Origin: Akkermansiaceae bacterium | GTDB lineage: Bacteria > Verrucomicrobiota > Verrucomicrobiia > Verrucomicrobiales > Akkermansiaceae | NCBI GenBank assembly: GCA_051251915.1 | Contig: JBPOGF010000002.1 | Location: 160,001-224,000 of the forward strand | Length of the DNA: 64,000 nt | Direction: 5' to 3' | Shown: piece after piece, positions 58,088 to 64,000 of the stretch | Numbering within the stretch: position 1 is the stretch's first letter | Layout: each line of letters opens with the position of its first letter | The notes under the pieces: model-generated | What the model was told of the DNA's origin: nothing | Seen by the model: the letters and a program-made list of their open reading frames with translations, nothing else | The model's database searches: none | Translations under genes and position numbers: made by a program

Positions 58088-58267
58088 GGAAGTTTAGAGG
58101 TTAAGTAGAAAGGGTGAAGGCTTGGTGTTGTCTTGTATGACGGCTTTGTCGTATGCGATTTATTTTTTTGGGATGATTGATTTTGGTGATGGTTTGATCT
58201 TTATTATCGATGGGGGTTTTGGGATTAGTTTGTGGTCAAGGGGTTGAGTGGGGTGTATGGTGGGTGG

Positions 58268-60862
58268 ATGAAAAATTTAATGACTGGGGTTGCTTTGTTG
58301 GTTTGTGGGTTTGGGGGTGAGGTTGTGTGTGCGGAGTCTTATGTGGTTGCTTTACGGGAGTTGGATTTTGTGGATGAGGGTGTGGATTTAGAGAAGTTGT
58401 TAGAGGGTGAGCGGGGGTATGGTCAGTGGGATTTAAGGAGGGAGCCTAATATGTGTGCGCGGACGCCGGATGGGGTGATGGTGTATATTGCTCCGAGGTC
58501 TGATACGGGTAGGCGTGAGAAGAGGGGGGACAGTATGGTGGTGGTTGAGATGGGGGAGGATAGGGTGTTTTCTGGGGTGGTGGATATTGATCATGGGTAT
58601 AAGCCTGGGGTGAGTTCGTTTGAGTTTAGCTTTGATCCTGAGAGGTATGAGGTGGGTAAGAAGGAGGAGGTGGAGCGGGTTAAGAAGACGCATTATCATT
58701 TGTTGGCGCGGTCTGGTTACTTGGGGGCTCCTTTGTTTAACGAGATGGCGGGTGGGGTGAAATTTGGTAGGGATGTGGTGAGAGTGCGGAATGTGAGGGA
58801 TGATTTTTCGTTTTATTCTGGGGGGCGGGCGATTTCTGATAATTTGGCATTGGATAGGGAGTTGAGGTTGATGAGGGATGATGTGGATGCGAAGGTGGAT
58901 GTTGGGACGTTGGAGGGGATAAAGACGAAGGCGATTGATTGGAAGGATTTGATGCCAGAGGTGGATGTTGAGATTGATGGGTTGGCGATGTTGGTGCCGG
59001 AAGATCAGCATGTTTTGATCTGTCCTTCGCTGGCGGAGATGGAGAAGATAGTGGCTATGGTGGAGAAGGAGGGGGCGTCGTTGTTTCAGGGGTTCACGGT
59101 GAGGAATCCGTTTAGGACGTTGCCTAGTAGATATAAGGTGCAGCTTGGGCTGAATTTTCCTACGGCGTTTGCTAAGCTTGCGCCGGTGAAGTCTGTGGCG
59201 GTGACGGGGTATGATCCGTTTTTTCCTACGGGGACGGATGTGGCTGTGTTGTTAGAGTCTGATAATCCTGGGTTGTTATTTAAGATGTTAGATGGTTTGA
59301 ATAAGTCTCAAGATAAGGAGTTGGCTTTGGTGGGGGATGTGGTTGTGGTGGCGAATTCTAAGGCGCAGTTGGATAGGATAAGGGAGGTGCATGCGGGGAA
59401 GGTGGCTAGTCTGGGGTCGCTGGATGAGTATAAGTTTTTTCGTCATCGGTATCCGGTAGCGGAGAAGCGGAGTGGGTTTGTGTTTCTTTCTGATGGGTGT
59501 ATTCGTCGTTGGGGGGGGCCAAGGATGCGGATAGCGGCGTCACGTAGGACGAAGTCTGTAGCGGCGCTGAGTGGTCTAACAGCTCGGAGTATTTCTGAGG
59601 GTAAGGTTGGGGAGTTGAGTATGGATCAGGAGTTTCTGTTAGGTGAGGTGAGTGTGAAGGATGGGGTGGTGGTGAGTGAGAAGATGGGGAGTCTGCATTT
59701 TATGACTCCGAGTATAGAGATGGTGATGGATAAGGTGACGAAGACTGAGGCGGATGCGTATGCGGAGTGGAAGCGTGGGTATGAGGATGGGTGGAGTAAG
59801 GTGTTTGATCCGATTGGTTTTAGTTTTGATTTAGATGAGAAGACTAAGGAGCTGGATCTGACGGTGATGCCGTTGACGGTGAATAATGAGTATGATGATT
59901 TTATCGAGCTTGTGGGGAAGGCGGTGCTTTCTAGGGAGGCTAGGTTTGCGGAGGATGAGCATGTTATTACTGCTTCGCTGGCTATTGATAAGGAAGGGGA
60001 GACTTTGTTTGGGGTGAATAGGTCATTGAGTGGGTTGATGCAGGATTTGAAGGTGGAGCCGTTGTCGTGGTTGGGGAGTTCGGTTACGGTGTTTGCTGAG
60101 AAGGATGAGAGCTGGAGGAAGTTTGGGAGTGATGAGTGGTCATTTGATGAGCATTTCATGAAGGCTCCGATAGGGTTGAGGGTGGAGCATACGAGTCAGA
60201 TTAAGTTGGCGGCATTTTTGCTGGCTGTGAAAAGTACTGTTGCGCAGGCGGCACCGGATGCAGTGAAGTGGGATACGAGGAAGCATGGTGAGGTGACTTA
60301 TGCGGTGGTGAGTTCTGAGGAGGATTTGGGGCTGGATGATGAGGTGAAGCTTTATTATGTGATCACGAAGAATACGCTCACTTTTACTTTACGAGAGGAT
60401 GTGATAAAGCGTGAGATAGATAGGCAGAAGTTGGAACGGAAGCTGGCCTTAACGCCGATTCAAGAGAGTGCGGATCATTTTTATTTGAAGGCTAGTGGTC
60501 AGATGTTGATGGCGTTGTCATCAGTGGATGGGGCGAGCTTTTCTGAGAGGAGAAGAGAGCAGAGTTATAGGGCTATTGCTGTTCTGAATGAGTGGAAGAG
60601 AAGGTTTGATGCTGCTGATCCAGTGGGAGCTCATTTTACTAAGTTTGGAGAGGATGTTTTCTGTCCAGGTGGGAAGGGTTATGTCTGGAATGCGGAGGGG
60701 ATGACGATGGAGTCTGTGGTTTATGGTTATCCTGCAAAGCCTAAGAAGGTGGAGGATGATGGCTTGCTGATGGGGTTATTTGGTGAGGTGGAGAGCTCGA
60801 TGAAGTTTGAGAATGATGGGCTGCGAGTGAGATTGAAGGTGTCTGGGGCGACTGATGAATAG
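58268..60862 (+). CDS. Large hypothetical exported protein
   Basis: 864-aa ORF, signal-like N-terminus, C-terminal CPGGKGYVWN..TMES.VYG.P. Confidence 0.8.
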   Translation: MKNLMTGVALLVCGFGGEVVCAESYVVALRELDFVDEGVDLEKLLEGERGYGQWDLRREPNMCARTPDGVMVYIAPRSDTGRREKRGDSMVVVEMGEDRVFSGVVDIDHGYKPGVSSFEFSFDPERYEVGKKEEVERVKKTHYHLLARSGYLGAPLFNEMAGGVKFGRDVVRVRNVRDDFSFYSGGRAISDNLALDRELRLMRDDVDAKVDVGTLEGIKTKAIDWKDLMPEVDVEIDGLAMLVPEDQHVLICPSLAEMEKIVAMVEKEGASLFQGFTVRNPFRTLPSRYKVQLGLNFPTAFAKLAPVKSVAVTGYDPFFPTGTDVAVLLESDNPGLLFKMLDGLNKSQDKELALVGDVVVVANSKAQLDRIREVHAGKVASLGSLDEYKFFRHRYPVAEKRSGFVFLSDGCIRRWGGPRMRIAASRRTKSVAALSGLTARSISEGKVGELSMDQEFLLGEVSVKDGVVVSEKMGSLHFMTPSIEMVMDKVTKTEADAYAEWKRGYEDGWSKVFDPIGFSFDLDEKTKELDLTVMPLTVNNEYDDFIELVGKAVLSREARFAEDEHVITASLAIDKEGETLFGVNRSLSGLMQDLKVEPLSWLGSSVTVFAEKDESWRKFGSDEWSFDEHFMKAPIGLRVEHTSQIKLAAFLLAVKSTVAQAAPDAVKWDTRKHGEVTYAVVSSEEDLGLDDEVKLYYVITKNTLTFTLREDVIKREIDRQKLERKLALTPIQESADHFYLKASGQMLMALSSVDGASFSERRREQSYRAIAVLNEWKRRFDAADPVGAHFTKFGEDVFCPGGKGYVWNAEGMTMESVVYGYPAKPKKVEDDGLLMGLFGEVESSMKFENDGLRVRLKVSGATDE

Positions 60863-60878
60863 TAGCTGTTGGTGCATA

Positions 60879-60980
60879 TTAGATCCACATCCAAAAGTCT
60901 GTATGCCTATCTTAGGGTAAGAATTTCCAATCTCTACGTTACTGATCAGTCACGGAGCCTTGAACTAGACAAAAATTCCT
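60879..60980. mobile_element. Truncated, diverged copy of the 18033 MITE-like element
   Basis: TCCAAAAGTCTGT..GCCTATCTT...TAAGAATTTCCAATCTCT.CGTTACT and GCCTTGA.CTAG shared; right TIR absent. Confidence 0.65.
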
Positions 60981-61027
60981 TGCACCAGTGGCTACCATTT
61001 TATTTAAGATGCACTAAAATCTGAGGC

Positions 61028-61068
61028 AAAAAAATAAGCCATTCCGTATGATGCGGAATGGCTTATTT
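61028..61068 (-). terminator. Intrinsic terminator (possibly bidirectional)
   Basis: AAATAAGCCATTCCG..CGGAATGGCTTATTT stem with A-run on the left, between convergent genes. Confidence 0.82.
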
Positions 61069-61091
61069 GTTAGATGGTGTTTTTTAGGCTA

Positions 61092-62303
61092 CTAGAGCTT
61101 CTTGATGGCTTTTTTGAATTCAGCGATCATTTCTTGGAAGTTCTCTGTGCTGCGTCCTGAGAGGTGGATGCCTTCTTCTGTTCTGCCTAGGGTGGAGACG
61201 TATCCTACGGTGATGTCCTTGAGGCTTTTGACTGCTGTATCGACTGCTTCTTTTTCATCAGCGCCGAGTCCTTCGATCATGCCATTTGCGGTAGCGATGC
61301 CGTGGAGACGGAGTAGGAGGTCAGCGAAGTCCTTGGACATGTAGGTCATGGTGTTTCCTTTTTGAGGGAGACTTTCCATGGTTCCTTTGTATGCGGGGCT
61401 TTTGGCGAGTGTGTCTGTGCCGCTCATGCTGCGCTGGAGGAACTCTGGTGATGATGAGATCCAGATCTGGTTGTTGACTTTATCTATAGCAAAGAGTGGT
61501 GAGTAGCCCATGAACTGTGCTGCCATTTCGTCTGGCAGTCTGTAGGTGGTGACTCCGCCTTCTTCTTTCTTTTGGAATGGCATTCCTGACTCAGCGATGA
61601 AGTCATCGCCCATCTTGTCCCAGAGCCAAGTAAGGCCATCGAGACGAGCAACGATGCGTGGTTTGTCTAGTTCGCCGACCATAGGTAGAGCCATTTTGAC
61701 TTTGTCATCGAGGTCGATGGCTAGATTGACGCGGACATTAAGCTCACGGAGGAGTTCTGAGACAGACATTTCTAGATCAGGGATTTTCTCAAGCATTCCT
61801 TCTTCGAAGTCTTGCTGATCTTCTTGAGGGGCATTGCCTGCTTTCATGACGTTTCTGATGAGGTCCTCGACGGTTCTGAGGTCTAGGTCCATTTGGAGGA
61901 CGAGGTCAGATCCGGCAGGGCTCATTAGTGGGGCTGAGAATTCTGCGTCTTTTTTGCCGAGTAGTGAGAAGATTCCTTTATCTGATCCGCCGTTGTGGAG
62001 GAACATGAGGTTTTTCCATTCTGTGCCTACTTTTTCTGAGCTCATGGCGTAGGAGGTGATGTCTCCGAGGCCTAGGGCATTGAGGATGGCTTTGCCGTCT
62101 ACTTCTTGACCTTCTTTTTTGGCTTGCTCGTTGATCAGTGCGGCGAGTTGGTCGAATAGCTCGTTTGCTGGTTTGGCTTCGGTGAATTCTGCATTGATGT
62201 TGATCTTTGATGCTGCAGGTACGTCAGCGACGGCTTGTCCCCATGATGATGTGCTAGCGGCTAGTGAGATAGCTGGTAGCATGAATAGGTATTTCTTTTT
62301 CAT
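61092..62303 (-). CDS. Hypothetical exported protein
   Basis: 403 aa, signal peptide (SWG-QA). Confidence 0.8.
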   Translation of the reverse strand: MKKKYLFMLPAISLAASTSSWGQAVADVPAASKININAEFTEAKPANELFDQLAALINEQAKKEGQEVDGKAILNALGLGDITSYAMSSEKVGTEWKNLMFLHNGGSDKGIFSLLGKKDAEFSAPLMSPAGSDLVLQMDLDLRTVEDLIRNVMKAGNAPQEDQQDFEEGMLEKIPDLEMSVSELLRELNVRVNLAIDLDDKVKMALPMVGELDKPRIVARLDGLTWLWDKMGDDFIAESGMPFQKKEEGGVTTYRLPDEMAAQFMGYSPLFAIDKVNNQIWISSSPEFLQRSMSGTDTLAKSPAYKGTMESLPQKGNTMTYMSKDFADLLLRLHGIATANGMIEGLGADEKEAVDTAVKSLKDITVGYVSTLGRTEEGIHLSGRSTENFQEMIAEFKKAIKKL

Positions 62304-62574
62304 TGTTTTCGTTGTTTGGTTGGTATGTGTTTAAGTATTAGAGCTTCATCGGATGGTGTTTCTTTCTGTGCTTATTTAGTAACTAATTACGGGTAGGTTA
62401 CAACTAAGTAATAATAATATGACGGTGATTTATGGGGGGAGTAGGTCATAGGTGATATTTTAGTGAGAGTAAAACTTGCCTCTAACTTTGCTCTAAGGAA
62501 TGGGGATTTGGGTGAATGGTGTTAGAGGTAAGTTTTCTCTTTTCTTGTCAGAGATGTGGAGTAGTTTAGTAGTT

Positions 62575-63975
62575 ATGAAACTAAAATTTTGTGGAGCAGC
62601 AGGAACGACAACAGGGTCTCAGCATCTGTTAGAGGTTAATGGACAGAAGATTTTGTTAGATTGTGGATTGTATCAAGGTAGGAGGCATGATGCTTATGAG
62701 GTGAACTGTTGTTTTCCTCATTTTAAGCCAGAGGAGATAGATAGTGTGGTGCTGAGTCACGCGCATATTGATCATAGTGGAAATCTTCCTAACCTAACAA
62801 AGCGTGGTTTCAAAGGGAATATTTATGCTACTTTTGCGACGAGGGATCTGTGTCAGATCATGCTTGCTGATAGTGCTTATATACAGGAGAAGGATGTGGA
62901 GTGGCTGAATAAGAAGCGTAAGAAGAAGGATTTGCCACCAGTGGAGCCGCTTTATTTGGGTGTAGATGCGGAGTTGTGTTTGAGGCAGTTTGTCAATGTG
63001 GGGTATGGAAGGCCGTTGATTATTGGTAAGGGTGTGACGATGCAGTTTGTAGACGCAGGGCATATTTTAGGGAGTGCTCAGGTTGTATTAGATATTGAGG
63101 ATGAGTCTGATGGTAAGAAGAAAAGGTTGCTGTTCTCTGGCGATGTGGGGAGAGGGGATAATGATATTTTACGTGATCCTGTAGCGGTGGAAGATGTGGA
63201 TTATCTTTTGATGGAGAGTACCTATGGTGGACGTGAGCATGAGCTTGGGACGCGAGCCGACGCGAAGATTGCATCGATCGTGAATAGGGCTCTGGAGCGT
63301 GGGGGTAAGATTATTATTCCTGCCTTTGCGGTGGAGCGGACTCAGCAGTTGTTGTATGTATTGCACCAGTTATTTGAGGATGGTTCTATTCCAGATGTTC
63401 CGGTGTTTGTGGATAGTCCGTTGGCGGTTAATGCGACGGAAATTTTCCGATTGCATCCTGAGTGCTTTAACAAAGAGATCTATAGATTTTTGTTTGAGAA
63501 GTCAGATCCATTTGGTTTTGAAGGGTTAACATTGATACGTAGTGTGAATGGTTCTAAGGATCTTAACAGGCGTGAGGGGCAGGCGATTATTATTTCTGCA
63601 TCAGGGATGTGTGAGGCGGGGAGGATACTCCATCATCTCAAAAATAGCATTGATGATCCTAAGAATACGATTTTGTTTGTGGGTTACTGTGCGGAGAATA
63701 CGCTGGGGTGGAAGATCCGTGAGGGGTGGGATGAGGTGAAGATTTTTGGTCAGCCTTATCCGCTTAGGGCGAATGTGGAGATCATGGATTCATTTTCTGG
63801 TCATGCGGATCATTCTGAGTTGATTGATTATTTTAATGCTATGACTGGACCGAAGAAAAAAGTCTGGTTGATTCATGGTGAGCAGAGTAGAAGTGAGAGC
63901 TTCTGCGAGGCACTGAAGGAAGTTCACAATGGTGAGATCAGTGTGGGTGTACTCGGTGAAGAAGTTGAATTTTAG
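62575..63975 (+). CDS. MBL-fold beta-CASP ribonuclease (YSH1/CPSF-like)
   Basis: TGSQH, LDCG, SHAHIDHSG, AGHILGS, MESTYG, PAFAVER.Q, ASGMCEAGRILHHL, FSGHAD, HGE. Confidence 0.93.
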   Translation: MKLKFCGAAGTTTGSQHLLEVNGQKILLDCGLYQGRRHDAYEVNCCFPHFKPEEIDSVVLSHAHIDHSGNLPNLTKRGFKGNIYATFATRDLCQIMLADSAYIQEKDVEWLNKKRKKKDLPPVEPLYLGVDAELCLRQFVNVGYGRPLIIGKGVTMQFVDAGHILGSAQVVLDIEDESDGKKKRLLFSGDVGRGDNDILRDPVAVEDVDYLLMESTYGGREHELGTRADAKIASIVNRALERGGKIIIPAFAVERTQQLLYVLHQLFEDGSIPDVPVFVDSPLAVNATEIFRLHPECFNKEIYRFLFEKSDPFGFEGLTLIRSVNGSKDLNRREGQAIIISASGMCEAGRILHHLKNSIDDPKNTILFVGYCAENTLGWKIREGWDEVKIFGQPYPLRANVEIMDSFSGHADHSELIDYFNAMTGPKKKVWLIHGEQSRSESFCEALKEVHNGEISVGVLGEEVEF

Positions 63976-64000
63976 TAAGTAAGGAAAGATGTCTGAGAAA

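Noticed and set aside
58135..58170. Terminator after thyA
   Set aside because: Stem depends on many G.T pairs, which arise easily in this G/T-rich strand
54205..63975. Anti-phage defence role for TatD or the beta-CASP nuclease
   Set aside because: Both look like ordinary housekeeping members in a housekeeping context with no defence partners

Overview
Bacterial chromosome window, most consistent with Verrucomicrobiota (two PEP-CTERM proteins, Chlamydia-type DksA, homodimeric GlyRS, HIS6-type HisA, sulfatase/FGE and GH95 genes). It holds about 50 mostly housekeeping or envelope genes on both strands, including gltB and rpmG, which the ORF track misses. I saw no rRNA, tRNA, CRISPR array, transposase or prophage. 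Notable signals: (1) extreme G+T-rich bias of the + strand whatever the gene orientation; (2) dispersed, modular, identically oriented intergenic repeat cassettes (7-mer blocks, GACCTGCGGTGCT linker, triple CAC 9/10-mer modules); (3) a skew-free PEP-CTERM gene coupled to a TMTC-like glycosyltransferase; (4) a histone-H1-like DksA fusion in a cluster of Zn-ligand-free genes; (5) two structured CA-rich intergenic elements, a MITE family and a hairpin-type in-frame insertion in moeA. All calls come from reading motifs by eye; no database searches were run.
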